A stretch of DNA of 64,000 bases from Candidatus Hydrogenedentota bacterium (GTDB lineage Bacteria > Hydrogenedentota > Hydrogenedentia > Hydrogenedentales > SLHB01): positions 128,001 to 192,000 of the forward strand of contig CAXXYE010000002.1 of assembly GCA_963674865.2 (NCBI GenBank). Reading direction: 5' to 3'. The stretch's first letter is position 1; each line of letters opens with the position of its first letter. Below the pieces are notes generated by a model, which worked only from the letters and a program-made list of their open reading frames with translations, was not told where the DNA came from and did not search any database. The translations under genes and the position numbers were made by a program. This document shows, one piece after another, positions 20,239 through 30,779 of the stretch.

Positions 20239-20326
20239 GTATGTATCCCCCGCATGTGAGCCACTTAAAGCGGCTGGGCGGGGCGCTGCCGCGCTCCCGC
20301 GTTGGGGGCCACCCGCGTCGGGTGGA
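20239..20326 (-). mobile_element. Second right-end relic of the IS200-type element (terminal hairpin partly deleted)
   Basis: Reverse complement CCACCCGACGCGGGTGGCCCCCAACGCGGGAGCGCGGCAGCGCCCCGCCCAGCCGCTTTAAGTGGCTCACA...GGGGGATACATAC is nearly identical to 3724-3829. Confidence 0.85.
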
Positions 20327-20387
20327 TCGATGCCCTTTGTACATGGATGGGCTCCACATAGGGACTGAAATCCAGAAAGCACAGTCC

Positions 20388-20734
20388 GCTTGCGAACGCT
20401 AGAGCCTCATCGTCAGTACCAACTTGCCCTTTGAGCAATGGACCGAGGGCCTGGGCAACGAACGCCTCACCGGCGCCATGCTCGACCGACTCAACCATCG
20501 CGTCCACATCATCGAGGCCAACGGACAGAGCTACCGACTCAGGGCCGCCAAACGGCGGGCAAAAGGAAAAGCAAAAAGAAAAACCATGAAAGCTTGCCTC
20601 CCCCGGGGGAGGGCAAGAAGGAAGACTGACCCAAAGCCTACTTGAATACCTACAGTTAGCCGGAGATACTTGCCGCATCGGGTGCTACACTCTTGGACCG
20701 CCACCCGCTGTATTTCTACGCCGCCGCGACAACA
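20388..20734 (+). pseudogene. istB: IS21-family relic: C-terminal fragment of the IstB ATPase and probable right end
   Basis: ACER*SLIVSTNLPFEQWTEGLGNERLTGAMLDRLNHRVHIIEANGQSYRL with in-frame TAG at 20400; followed by an IS21-like end terminating in ...CA. Confidence 0.8.
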
Positions 20735-20831
20735 GAATACGCTACTCGACCGGAGCTGGTCTTCTCATACAATCTGACCATTTGGAATTACATCTTCTCT
20801 GACGCGCACGCTTGCAGGAGGCCTACTTGTT

Positions 20832-23003
20832 ATGACATCCCATGGAGCTCAGACGCCGGGTGCCGATGTCCGGGCGCTGCCGTACTACGACAAAGAGAAG
20901 ATGAGGGTCAGTGGAGACTGGATCGTGGCGCCGATCGACGCAAAGACTGGTGTGTATCGCACCGCGAACCACCATGAAATCGTGCTGTCTAACGGACTTA
21001 TCACCCGCACGTTCCGCCTCGTGCCCGGTGCCGCAACCGTCGGGTTCGACAATCTGATGACCGGCGAGGCACTGCTGCGCGGCGTGAAGCCCGAAGCGCG
21101 CATTACCGTGAACGGCGCGGAACTCAATGTGGGCGGCCTGGTGGGACAGGAGAATTATGCCTATCTGACGCCTGAGTGGATTGAGGCCCTTACGAGAGAC
21201 CCTAACGCGCTGCAATACGCTGGCCACGAGGTTTCGGACACAGGAGCGCCGTTTACCTGGAAACGGGTGCGCTACTGTCAGGATCTGCCCTGGCCTCCGC
21301 TCGGCAAACGGCTGACCCTGGGTTTCGCGGCACAGCCGGGAGGTGGTCAGATGCCTATTGTGGTCGACGTCCACTACGAGATGTACGACGGCATCCCGCT
21401 GCTGGCCAAATGGCTCACTATCCGCAACGGTTGCGATTCCGAAGTGACCCTGGATTCCTACACCGGCGAGATCCTGGCCGCGGTGGAGATGGCGTCTCTT
21501 GTGAGCGGCCAGCCGACTCACTTCAGTACGCCCAACGTCCAGGTGGTTACGGATTACATGTTCGGCGGTGACAGCCTGGACGTTGCCGGCAAAGCTGTGC
21601 ACTGGGTGAACGATCCCGACTACAAGACACAGGTCAACTTCGCCCTCCAGGCGAAGGTTCTGCTGGAAAGTCGCCCGGTCATCGGCCCGGCGGTAGCGCT
21701 GAAGCCTGGCGAGTCCTTTACGACCCATCGAACCTACGAACTCGTCTTTGACTCGACAGAGCGCGAACGCAACAGCCTCGCGACCCGCCGCATGTTCCGC
21801 ACCATTGCCCCGTGGACGACCGAAAACCCCATTTTGATGCACGTGCGCAGCGCCGACCCTGATGCGGTGCGCCTCGGGATTGACCAGTGCGCAGAGTTGG
21901 GATTCGAGATGATCATCCTCACCTTCGGAAGCGGATTCAACATCGAGAATGAGGACCCAGCCTATCTGGCGCAATTGAAGGAACTGGCCGACTACGCACA
22001 CGCCAAGGGGATCGAGATCGGCGGATATTCGCTGCTGGCTTCGCGCACCGTGGGAACGGAAACCGACGTGATCAATCCCGAAACCGGCAAGCCCGGCGGA
22101 TTCGCCACGTTCGGCAATTCGCCGTGTCTCTGCAGCGCATGGGGCCAGGACTACTTCCGCAAGCTCTACGTGTTCTATGAGATGACCGGCTTCGACCTCC
22201 TCGAACACGACGGCAGCTACCCGGGCGACGTCTGTGCATCGTCAAGCCATCCCGGACACCGCAGTGTGAACGATTCCCAGTATAGACAGTGGCGGGCCAT
22301 CACGCACTTCTACAACTGGTGCCGGGGCCGGGGCATCTATCTGAGCGTACCTGACTTATACTACTTGAACGGATCCAACAAGTCGGGCATGGGCTACCGC
22401 GAAACCAACTGGTCTCTGCCCCGGGCTGAACAGGTTATCCATGCCCGCCAGAACATTTATGACGGTACGTGGGAGAAGACGCCGAGCATGGGGTGGATGT
22501 TTGTGCCACTTACCGAATACCATGGTGGCGGGGCAGCGGCCACACTAGAGCCTCTCGCCGAACACCTGAACGTGTACGAGGCCCACTTAGCCAACCTCTT
22601 CGGCACAGGCGTCCAGGCCTGCTTCCGCGGCCCGCGCCTCTATGACACGGACGACACCAAGGCGGTCGTCAAGCAGTGGGTCGATTTCTACAAGACGCAC
22701 CGCGCCATTCTTGACTCCGACATCATCCACGTGCGCAGGGCGGATGGCCGCAACATCGACTGCATGATGAGCGTCAACCCGCGCCTCGAAGAGCGCGCTT
22801 TGGCCATGGTCTTCAATCCGCTTCAGGAAACCGTCAAGCGCACGCTCCGGCTGCCGCTTTACTACGCCGGCCTGACTGACACGGCCACCGTCCGGGAACG
22901 TGAGGGCAATCCAATGCCTTATCAACTTGACCGCGACTACAGCATCACGCTGGAAATCGAGATGACGCCACAGAGTGCTACGTGGTTCGTTATCGCGGAG
23001 TGA
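20832..23003 (+). CDS. Alpha-galactosidase-like glycoside hydrolase (GH36/clan D-like)
   Basis: 723 aa; GFEMIILTFGSG, CLCSAWG..Y, LEHDGSYPGD TIM-barrel motifs. Confidence 0.7.
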   Translation: MTSHGAQTPGADVRALPYYDKEKMRVSGDWIVAPIDAKTGVYRTANHHEIVLSNGLITRTFRLVPGAATVGFDNLMTGEALLRGVKPEARITVNGAELNVGGLVGQENYAYLTPEWIEALTRDPNALQYAGHEVSDTGAPFTWKRVRYCQDLPWPPLGKRLTLGFAAQPGGGQMPIVVDVHYEMYDGIPLLAKWLTIRNGCDSEVTLDSYTGEILAAVEMASLVSGQPTHFSTPNVQVVTDYMFGGDSLDVAGKAVHWVNDPDYKTQVNFALQAKVLLESRPVIGPAVALKPGESFTTHRTYELVFDSTERERNSLATRRMFRTIAPWTTENPILMHVRSADPDAVRLGIDQCAELGFEMIILTFGSGFNIENEDPAYLAQLKELADYAHAKGIEIGGYSLLASRTVGTETDVINPETGKPGGFATFGNSPCLCSAWGQDYFRKLYVFYEMTGFDLLEHDGSYPGDVCASSSHPGHRSVNDSQYRQWRAITHFYNWCRGRGIYLSVPDLYYLNGSNKSGMGYRETNWSLPRAEQVIHARQNIYDGTWEKTPSMGWMFVPLTEYHGGGAAATLEPLAEHLNVYEAHLANLFGTGVQACFRGPRLYDTDDTKAVVKQWVDFYKTHRAILDSDIIHVRRADGRNIDCMMSVNPRLEERALAMVFNPLQETVKRTLRLPLYYAGLTDTATVREREGNPMPYQLDRDYSITLEIEMTPQSATWFVIAE

Positions 23004-23296
23004 GGCGGGCACAAGCACACCAACAGGCCTACTCCTCTTCCTTGTTCACGCAGTTTGCACCCAAAGACCCCTATCAAGCCTGTCCACCACCGGTTCGAAC
23101 GGCTGCGTGAATTGCACACCGCTAGCACCGAATCTCACCCAGAGTCTGCGCACTTGCTTATGCGGCGCCGTATGGGCGCAAAGGGTATCTGTGAATGGTC
23201 TCCAGTGCGCTTGCCGGGAGTATTTGTTTAGGCGCAAAGTGTGGCAAGGAATTCAAACGATAATAGGGCTGTTCTTTGTTTGGAAAGGAGGAGAAC

Positions 23297-23893
23297 ATGA
23301 TGACAGTATGGATCTTGTCCCTTTTGGCTGCGTTGGCCTTTACTGCAATGCTTGGGGGGTGCTCGACAGCTACCGTGCCGCCGGGAGCCCCTGTGAAAAG
23401 TGTACTGCAGCATACAATGTACGACATAGATGGCCAGGCAATTGATCTCGCGCAATACGAGGGTCAGGTCGTGCTGGTTGTAAATGTGGCGTCGAAATGT
23501 GGCTTCACGCCCCAATACGAAGGTCTTGAGGCCCTCTACAGACAGTACAAGAATGAGGGTTTCGTCGTACTGGGTTTCCCGGCCAACAACTTCATGGGTC
23601 AGGAGCCGGGCACTAATGAGGAAATTAAGGCGTTCTGTTCAACGAAGTACAACGTCACTTTTCCAGTATTTGCGAAGATCTCCGTGAAAGGCGAACACAT
23701 GGCGCCCTTCTACCAGGATCTTGTGTCGGAAGAGTTCAGCGGCTCTCATGCCGGCAGCATCAAGTGGAACTTCACCAAGTTTCTGGTGGGCCGCGACGGC
23801 TGCGTGCGGACGCGCTTTGGTTCGCGCACCAACCCATTGGACCCCAGGGTGCTAGCAGCGGTAGAAGATGTCCTCGCTGAAGGCAAATCTTGA
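23297..23893 (+). CDS. Glutathione peroxidase family lipoprotein (Cys type)
   Basis: NVASKCG, GFPANNFMGQEPG, WNFTKFLV; lipobox LGGC; RBS AGGAGGAG. Confidence 0.95.
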   Translation: MMTVWILSLLAALAFTAMLGGCSTATVPPGAPVKSVLQHTMYDIDGQAIDLAQYEGQVVLVVNVASKCGFTPQYEGLEALYRQYKNEGFVVLGFPANNFMGQEPGTNEEIKAFCSTKYNVTFPVFAKISVKGEHMAPFYQDLVSEEFSGSHAGSIKWNFTKFLVGRDGCVRTRFGSRTNPLDPRVLAAVEDVLAEGKS

Positions 23894-24060
23894 CGCTCAG
23901 CCCCATAGGTAGGCTTTCTAGCCAGTGACGTTGCTGTTGTGTCTGCAGGCTCGCCAGATTTATTGTTTCTTAATTCGGGTCACTTCTCTGGAAGTTATCC
24001 AAGGACCCCTGGGGCGCTACCGCGCGGAGACAAGCGTGCCTGAGGCCAACTACTTCCCGC

Positions 24061-24142
24061 TTTGCCGCACAAGCGGGAATCCAGTGCTTTCGGGCTGTTT
24101 CGACAATGTGTTTCTGGATGCCCACTTCTCGCGGGCATAACG
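24061..24142. repeat. Degenerate REP-like inverted palindrome pair
   Basis: ...GCGGGAATCCAG...CTGGATGCCC...GCGGGCATAAC resembles the GTCATTCCCGCG..GCGGGAATCCAG class of REP doublets. Confidence 0.5.
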
Positions 24143-24194
24143 TTGCGAGGAAAGCTAGAGCTGCATCCGGTTTTGGGATAGCTTCTCGATGTGT

Positions 24195-24377
24195 GCCTCA
24201 AACAACATGCTTCAATGGTTCGTAGCGGAGCAGGTCGAAGAGGAAGCAGTTGCCGAAGCGATTCTGCAGAACCTCAGACCGGTTGCGGATCACCCACAGG
24301 GCCTCTTCATGATGGATCAGGAGTTGGGTAAGCGGCAGGTCCCCGTCGGTCCAGTAGCTGAAGAGACGGAGTCGTGA
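24195..24377 (+). pseudogene. C-terminal fragment of a non-heme ferritin
   Basis: ASNNMLQWFVAEQVEEEA...GLFMMDQELGKR matches the ferritin C-terminal helices; the N-terminal two thirds are missing. Confidence 0.8.
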
Positions 24378-24528
24378 GGCTTTGTAGACTGGGATCATGC
24401 ACCGTGTATGTCGTACTAAAGGGCGTGCCTGGGTTGACCCTTGCACGTAGCTTCTCGAGACTGACGATTCACGCAACCGCATCGTGCGAATAGCGCAAGT
24501 GCAGAACATGGAGCAGGGGAGTAGGATC

Positions 24529-24655
24529 ATGGTTTCCAGTTGTGACCTGGCAAACAAGGAGTGTGTGCCGTGTAGAGGTGGCGTACCACCAATCACTGGC
24601 TCGGAGCTCTTATCACTCCACGAACAGCTTGGTGAGCAGTGGAGTCTGGTCACCC
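24529..24655 (+). pseudogene. N-terminal fragment of pterin-4-alpha-carbinolamine dehydratase
   Basis: DLANKECVPCRGGVPP...L...W.LV, after which similarity is lost; no HHP motif. Confidence 0.7.
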
Positions 24656-24721
24656 TGTCATCGACCATGTTGAGGCGCGTGTGCGGGCGTTGGAGGCATA
24701 CGAGATGATTCGGCGATTGCC

Positions 24722-26182
24722 ATGAGCAATCCCAAGAACAGATTGGTTCTAATCACGGGAGCCACCGGCTATGTCGGAGGGCGGCTGGCTCCGCAGCTGA
24801 TCGCTCGCGGGAAACGGCTTCGGTGTCTCGCGCGGTGTCCTGAGGCCTTGGCGGATAGACTGGTGGCGTACTCGGAAGCTGTGCAGGGGGATGTACTGGA
24901 CGCTCCCAGTCTTGATCGCGCACTTGCTGGCGTGGATACGGCCTACTACCTTGTCCATTCCCTGGGCACAGGCAATGACTTCGAGGCTACCGAGACGGAA
25001 GCGGCGCGAAACTTCGCAGTAGCCGCGAAGACCGCCGGGGTGCGGCGGGTTATCTACCTCGGGGGGCTGTGCGACGAGGAGCGGCTTGACTTATCACCGC
25101 ATCTGAGGAGCCGTTGCCGAGTGGGCGAAGTGTTGCGGGAGTACGGCGTTCAGACCGTCGAGTTCCGCGCGTCTGTCATTCTCGGTTCGGGAAGCCTCTC
25201 GTTCGAGTTGATCCGAGCCCTGGTCCAGCGGCTGCCAATGATGATCACACCGAAATGGGTATCCGTGCAGGCGCAGCCGATCGCCATCTCCGATGTACTC
25301 GAGTACCTCATTGCCGCCCTCGATCTGGAAGTGATGGGCCACCGAACGTACGAAATCGGCGGGCTGGACCAGATGTCCTACGGCGACCTTATGCGCGAAT
25401 ACGCCCGCATGCGTGGCTTAAGACGGTGGATGATCGCAGTGCCCGTGCTCACGCCGCGACTCTCGAGCCTCTGGCTCAATCTGGTGACGCCCGTCTACGC
25501 TCGAATCGGCCGTAAACTCATCGATAGCATAACCTCGCCCAGCGTGGTCCGCGATGATGCCGCCCTACGAGACTTCGACATCCGTCCGATGAGCGTGCAC
25601 GAAGCGCTTGAGCAGACGCTGCGGAACGAAGACCGTGAGTTCGTTGAGACCCATTGGGCCGGTGCCCTCTCGTCCGTGGAGCCCATGCGCAGTTGGGGTG
25701 GCGTTACCTTCGGCAGCCGCATCGTCGACTCGCGAGACGTCCGCACTGCAGCTCCCCCCGAAGAGGCCTTCGCCCCTGTCAAGCGCATCGGGGGCGCGAC
25801 CGGCTGGTACTACGGCAATTGGCTCTGGCGCCTGCGGGGCTTCGTAGACCGCCTTTTGGGTGGCGTCGGCATGGGACGCGGGCGGCGGGATTCAGAATCG
25901 CTTCGCGTCGGCGACGTGCTGGATTGCTGGCGTGTCGATTCCTATGACCCGCCTCGACGCTTGACGCTGGCGGCCGAGATGAAGCTGCCCGGCCGGGCAT
26001 GGCTACAATTCGACGTGGAATCCGACGGCGATGGGTCACGCATCCGGCAGACGGCACTGTATGACCCTGTGGGGTTGTCTGGACTCCTCTACTGGTACCT
26101 GCTGTATCCGATTCACAAACTCGTGTTCGCAGGTATGTTGCGTAACATCGCGCGCGCCGCCGAGCAGGGAACACCCCCGTGA
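24722..26182 (+). CDS. YbjT-like atypical SDR oxidoreductase with C-terminal DUF2867-like domain
   Basis: TGATGYVGG, AYYLVHS, SPHLRSR..VG, FRAS.I.GSGS.SFE; C-terminal IGG..GWYY...L.AEMKLPGRAWL. Confidence 0.9.
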   Translation: MSNPKNRLVLITGATGYVGGRLAPQLIARGKRLRCLARCPEALADRLVAYSEAVQGDVLDAPSLDRALAGVDTAYYLVHSLGTGNDFEATETEAARNFAVAAKTAGVRRVIYLGGLCDEERLDLSPHLRSRCRVGEVLREYGVQTVEFRASVILGSGSLSFELIRALVQRLPMMITPKWVSVQAQPIAISDVLEYLIAALDLEVMGHRTYEIGGLDQMSYGDLMREYARMRGLRRWMIAVPVLTPRLSSLWLNLVTPVYARIGRKLIDSITSPSVVRDDAALRDFDIRPMSVHEALEQTLRNEDREFVETHWAGALSSVEPMRSWGGVTFGSRIVDSRDVRTAAPPEEAFAPVKRIGGATGWYYGNWLWRLRGFVDRLLGGVGMGRGRRDSESLRVGDVLDCWRVDSYDPPRRLTLAAEMKLPGRAWLQFDVESDGDGSRIRQTALYDPVGLSGLLYWYLLYPIHKLVFAGMLRNIARAAEQGTPP

Positions 26183-27717
26183 CGTCGCGTGGCGCCAAGA
26201 CGACCATCTGGATTCTGGGGGACCAGCTCACGCCACAGGCAAGTTCGCTTGAGGGAGTGGCGCCAAGCGATTGTGTGGTCCTCATGGTCGAGTCCATCGA
26301 GCACTGCCGACGCCTCCCATTCCACAAACAGAAGCTCATTCTGGTCTGGTCCGCCATGCGCCATTTCGCTGAAGAACTCCGGCAGATCGGATACGAAGTC
26401 GACTACCACAAGGCCGCGTCGTCCTTTGAGAGCGCGTTGCGAAAGCACGTCAAACGTTATCGACCGCAGCGGTTACGCGTGATGGAGTCTGCCGATTTCG
26501 GCGTGTCGGAGCAGTTGATTCAGGAAGCGCTGCAAAGGGGCCTCTCGGTGGAGACGACGCCGAACACCATGTTTGTCAGCGACAAGGAGGCCTTCCAGCG
26601 GGAGTCCAAGGGCAAACGCTCACGCGTCATGGAAGCCTTCTATCGCAAGATACGCAAGCGCACAAAGGTCTTGATGACCGGGCAAGAGCCCGTCGGTGGG
26701 AGATGGAACTACGACGCGGAGAACCGGCAACGCCCTCCGAAGGGCCTCAGGTGCCCTGATGTTCCCAGGTATACGCCCGACGCCGTCACCCGTGAGGTAA
26801 TCGCGCTCGTGGAGAAGAAGTTCCCGGAGCATTTCGGACGCGCAGACACCTTCCGATGGCCTGTGACACGCAGAGATGCCCAGCATCTCCTTAACGATTT
26901 CCTGGAGCATCGGCTGGCGCAGTTCGGGCCGTACCAGGATGCTATGGTCTCGGGCCAGCGCACCCTCTTTCATTCGCTGCTTTCGCCTTTGCTTAACTTG
27001 GGACTACTGGATCCTATAGAGCTCTGCCGCAGGGCAGAAGCCGCTTATGCCGACGGCAAGGCCCCGATGAACTCGGTCGAGGGATTCGTACGCCAGGTTC
27101 TGGGTTGGCGCGAGTACGTATACCAAGTTTACCACTGGCGCATGCCAGACTACGCCGGCATGAACCACCTCGAGGCGGATGCGCCGCTTCCCGAGTGTTA
27201 TTGGGACGGCAACACGCGGATGCGGTGCATGCGCGAGGCGGTCCAAGCATTACTTGAGGACGGTATCAATCACCACATCCAACGTCTCATGATAACGGGT
27301 AACTTCGCCCTGATCGCCGGCCTCAATCCCCAACAGGTCAACGAATGGTATTGGCTTGCATACGTGGACGCGCATGAGTGGGTCGTGACCCCGAACGTCC
27401 TCGGGATGGCCCTATACGCCGACGGCGGCATCCTGGGAACCAAGCCCTACGCGGCATCGGCGAACTATATAAACCGAATGAGCGATTACTGCCGCGGATG
27501 CCCTTGCGACCCGCGAGCCGCAACGGGCACAGACGCGTGTCCCTTCAACGCGCTCTACTGGGATTTTCTTGCGCGGAACGAAACCAAGCTGAGCAACAAT
27601 CCCCGCATGGCACTGGCCTACCGAAATCTCGACAGGCGGAAGAACGAGGACCTCAAGGCCATCCGAACCCACGCAAACGGACTACTTGAGCGCCTTGGTA
27701 GCGGCGGAGCAATATGA
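26179..27717 (+). CDS. Cryptochrome/photolyase family protein, FeS-cluster bacterial (6-4) photolyase type (PhrB/CryB-like)
   Basis: ILGDQL, HKQKL....SAMRHFA, GGRWNYDAENR, FGPYQDAM, EGFVRQVLGWRE, HHIQRLMITGNF, KPYAASANYINRMSDYC..C, ACPFN.LYW. Confidence 0.93.
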   Translation: MTSRGAKTTIWILGDQLTPQASSLEGVAPSDCVVLMVESIEHCRRLPFHKQKLILVWSAMRHFAEELRQIGYEVDYHKAASSFESALRKHVKRYRPQRLRVMESADFGVSEQLIQEALQRGLSVETTPNTMFVSDKEAFQRESKGKRSRVMEAFYRKIRKRTKVLMTGQEPVGGRWNYDAENRQRPPKGLRCPDVPRYTPDAVTREVIALVEKKFPEHFGRADTFRWPVTRRDAQHLLNDFLEHRLAQFGPYQDAMVSGQRTLFHSLLSPLLNLGLLDPIELCRRAEAAYADGKAPMNSVEGFVRQVLGWREYVYQVYHWRMPDYAGMNHLEADAPLPECYWDGNTRMRCMREAVQALLEDGINHHIQRLMITGNFALIAGLNPQQVNEWYWLAYVDAHEWVVTPNVLGMALYADGGILGTKPYAASANYINRMSDYCRGCPCDPRAATGTDACPFNALYWDFLARNETKLSNNPRMALAYRNLDRRKNEDLKAIRTHANGLLERLGSGGAI

Positions 27718-27761
27718 TGACTACCTGGCAGCCTATGTTTCCTGTCAACTGCGCGTAACGG

Positions 27762-29912
27762 TCAGCCGATTGTCACGATGCCCAGATAGCCGTCCACCTG
27801 GACGCGCGTGCCTGTGGCGACCATATCAAGTGCATCCTGCACCCCCGTGACGCATGGGATGCCGTATTCGCGTGCAATGATGGCTCCATGCACCAGCATG
27901 CCGCCGCGGCACTCGACGATTCCCCCGGCTAGAGGCATGACGAACGTCATGGTGGGGTCGACCGCGTCACAGACGAGTACCTCGCCAGACTGGAACGCGA
28001 AGAGGTCCTGCGATCCCCGGATGACCCGCGCGCTTCCAGCCCCGAGTCCGGGTCCCGCAGGCTGGCCGGTCAACTGCCTTGCCTGCAACTCGAAACCCGA
28101 TACAGTCTGCGCAATCGGCTTCACGGCATGCTGCTGCCCTCCCGTGGGCCGCATCGCGAGGTTTTCTTTAAGCTTGGCAGGCAGCTTCAGACCGCGGCAC
28201 TTCGCCTCGTCGCTGGCGATATCCACCTGGCGGGCAATTCGGCCGAGGTAAAGGTTGTCGTCGTCACGTAACCGATAGCTCGCACGACCCAGGTCGAGCA
28301 GTTCCTCGGCCTCCTTGCGTTTCTTGCCGCGGCACTTCGCGAGAAATGCCTTCTCCAGAATGCGCTTGTCCCGCCGTGGTCCACTCGTCTTTGCCGAGGG
28401 TTGCTTTGCCATCTGGACGAGAAGCGCCGAAATCGCTCTTCGCCCTTCGGAACTCACGACCGCTTCCCCGACGTCCGCTGCGAATGCCGATCCGAGAGCG
28501 TCGAGATCCGCCCAGAACGATTCCTGGCCCGCCGGGGCTTCGCTCCGCTCCAGTGCCGCGAGGAGCCGCTTGTCCGCGCGCACACGGGCTGCCAACCGCT
28601 GCAACACTTCGTTCCGCTTGACACTCAGCAATCCACTCCCGCTGAGCAGCTCGACGAACTCGTAGGGGTCATCCGGCTGCATTACGTCGTTGTAGAACTG
28701 CCCGAACAGCCGAACGCCATGGGCGAAGGGAATGCACTCATCCCAGTAGCGGCTCAGCCATGCCTGGTACCGGTGGTGTCGCCTGGCCACTTCCGCGAGC
28801 AATTCACTGTCCGCAAGACCGTGGAGCTTCTGCTGTTCGCATCGGTGCGCCTCTGCGTCCATTTTGGGTATTAGATCATTTTCGATGCGGTCACGAAGTT
28901 GGAGTAGGTTCTCGACGCTACGTCGCAGGCTGAGGTACCAGGCCCGCTTGTCCCCTTCACTCGCGTTCCCCGTAGTGATGGCTCTAGATTGAAGGACGTA
29001 GAGCCGTGATCGCCGAAATGTCCATTCTACGTCCTGGGGCTTGCGGAACCGTTCACCCAAACGCATCGCCTGCGTGTAGACACGCTGGACGTCCGCGTCA
29101 GACAACGGCGGTCGGCTGGCCCGGATCTTCGGCAGGGGCCGCACCGCCAAGCCGTCACGGGACAAGGCGACATACGCCTCCCGCTCTGCCGGGTGGAACT
29201 CCACCAAGTCCCCGCTGCGTCGGTCCAGGGTCCAGCGATCCGGCGCCACCGTGCCGTCTACAAGCCCCTGGTTCAGGCCGTGTACCGCCTCAACCGCCAC
29301 GCACTCTGATCTGACGGGATGTCGGCCGAAAACCACGCCCGATCGGCTGCCCGATACTAGCTCTTGAACTACGACCGCCATGGCGCTCTTCTCAATGTCC
29401 AACGCAAGCTCTTTTCGGTAGAGAAGTGCGGCGTCCGACCACAGTGAGGCCCAGACCAGACGAATATGCCGCAGCACGGCCTCGGCTTCGCGAACGTTCA
29501 GGTATGACTCGTGAAGTCCCGCGAAAGACTGACCGGACGCGTCCTCGCCCGGCGCGGACGATCGCACGGCAACGGGCCTTCCCTCAAAGCGTTTACGGAC
29601 CGTGCGGAGGAGCGATCGACGGACCTGGGAAGGCAACGGCGCTTTCAGGAAGGCGTTGCGAATGCGCAGCGAGGCGTCCCACATCTCCTCCCAGCGCATC
29701 TGGTCGACGGGCCGCCTCGACAACTCGCGGCGGATCTGATTCGCGACGCCAGACGCCTTAAGGTACAGGTGGTAGGCTTCGGTGGTTACGGCCAAGCCGC
29801 CCGGCACCACCGTCCCCGACTGAGAGAGCACGGCCAAAGATAGCGCCTTTCCGCCCACCAAGGGGGCATGCTCCGGACGGATCTTCTCAAACGGCATGAA
29901 CAGCACGATCAA
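27762..29912 (-). CDS. PEP-synthase/rifampin-phosphotransferase-like enzyme (ATP-grasp, central helical and His-swivel domains)
   Basis: VGGKA..L, AVRSSAPGED....SFAGLHES, QDVEW, LQSRAIT; C-terminal HGAIIAREYGIPCV. Confidence 0.88.
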   Translation of the reverse strand: MIVLFMPFEKIRPEHAPLVGGKALSLAVLSQSGTVVPGGLAVTTEAYHLYLKASGVANQIRRELSRRPVDQMRWEEMWDASLRIRNAFLKAPLPSQVRRSLLRTVRKRFEGRPVAVRSSAPGEDASGQSFAGLHESYLNVREAEAVLRHIRLVWASLWSDAALLYRKELALDIEKSAMAVVVQELVSGSRSGVVFGRHPVRSECVAVEAVHGLNQGLVDGTVAPDRWTLDRRSGDLVEFHPAEREAYVALSRDGLAVRPLPKIRASRPPLSDADVQRVYTQAMRLGERFRKPQDVEWTFRRSRLYVLQSRAITTGNASEGDKRAWYLSLRRSVENLLQLRDRIENDLIPKMDAEAHRCEQQKLHGLADSELLAEVARRHHRYQAWLSRYWDECIPFAHGVRLFGQFYNDVMQPDDPYEFVELLSGSGLLSVKRNEVLQRLAARVRADKRLLAALERSEAPAGQESFWADLDALGSAFAADVGEAVVSSEGRRAISALLVQMAKQPSAKTSGPRRDKRILEKAFLAKCRGKKRKEAEELLDLGRASYRLRDDDNLYLGRIARQVDIASDEAKCRGLKLPAKLKENLAMRPTGGQQHAVKPIAQTVSGFELQARQLTGQPAGPGLGAGSARVIRGSQDLFAFQSGEVLVCDAVDPTMTFVMPLAGGIVECRGGMLVHGAIIAREYGIPCVTGVQDALDMVATGTRVQVDGYLGIVTIG

Positions 29913-30379
29913 GCCACCACCAGTTCAATCACTTCCTGGAACCGCCTGACCATCACGTACTTTTCGACCCGCACCCGTAGAAACGCGCAGTTAGGCGACA
30001 GGACAAACTCCTCGAGATGCGGATGTCTGGCGAGAAATCGCTTCAAGTTTGCACTACGTGGCGACTTCGAGACCTCCGTGGCCCGCCCAGAGGCAGTCAC
30101 GCCCACGGCCTCATAGAAGTCCGCCGCGGCCCGCATTCGGTCGTCGAACGTCATTGCAACGCGGTCATCCGCCACGATGTTGGTGAATTTGCGCGTCGTG
30201 CGGGCCGTCGCGAAGAAGAGGGACTTGAGGTTCGGCGATACGCTGAAGCCGACCAGGGTCCCATAGGGTTGTCCCTGGTTATGGGTTGCGAGAACGGCAA
30301 CCTGCTGGGACTCCAGAAGTCGGCGGACCGTGTCGAGAGGGTCAACTTGGCCAGCGCTTCGGGTAGCCTTCTTCGTCAT
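29909..30379 (-). CDS. Pyridoxamine 5'-phosphate oxidase-like split-barrel flavoprotein
   Basis: AVLAT....PY..LV.F, FAT...TRK..NI..D.RVA; overlaps the downstream gene by 4 bp. Confidence 0.85.
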   Translation of the reverse strand: MTKKATRSAGQVDPLDTVRRLLESQQVAVLATHNQGQPYGTLVGFSVSPNLKSLFFATARTTRKFTNIVADDRVAMTFDDRMRAAADFYEAVGVTASGRATEVSKSPRSANLKRFLARHPHLEEFVLSPNCAFLRVRVEKYVMVRRFQEVIELVVA

Positions 30380-30779
30380 GGTCTCCTCTCCGGTGAAGGT
30401 CCTAGCGGTTCATCATACACCATGCGGGGAGAGGAATTGCAGCTGACAGCTGCAATGAATGCCCTCTAAGAGATTGTCTGAAAATGAGGTACGGTGTTAA
30501 CAGAACGGCGAGGTGGCGGGGTCTGAGGAGTGCAACGAGTGACACCGGCTGAGGATTGCCCCGCGAGTTGGTGTGTCCTTTGTCCGAAGGTAACATGATC
30601 TTGGGCTCTCTTTCGCTCTTGTTGCCGCTGTAGATTGCCTACGACGTTTACACGCGTTCCACGCTATCTACACCTGAGTTTTCCAGCTGAGATTGACCGA
30701 GAACGCCGCCAATAAGGCCCGCTGGCGTCGGGTAATGGGGTCCACCATTCCTTACGCATCGGTTCTACTCGAGGTCCAT

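Noticed and set aside
20823..22208. 461-aa minus-strand ORF (likewise 38667-39695, 39696-40640, 44746-45723, 13981-15006)
   Set aside because: Antisense shadows of well-supported genes, common in GC-rich DNA.
23490..23505. Selenocysteine recoding in the glutathione peroxidase
   Set aside because: The active-site codon is TGT (Cys), not TGA.
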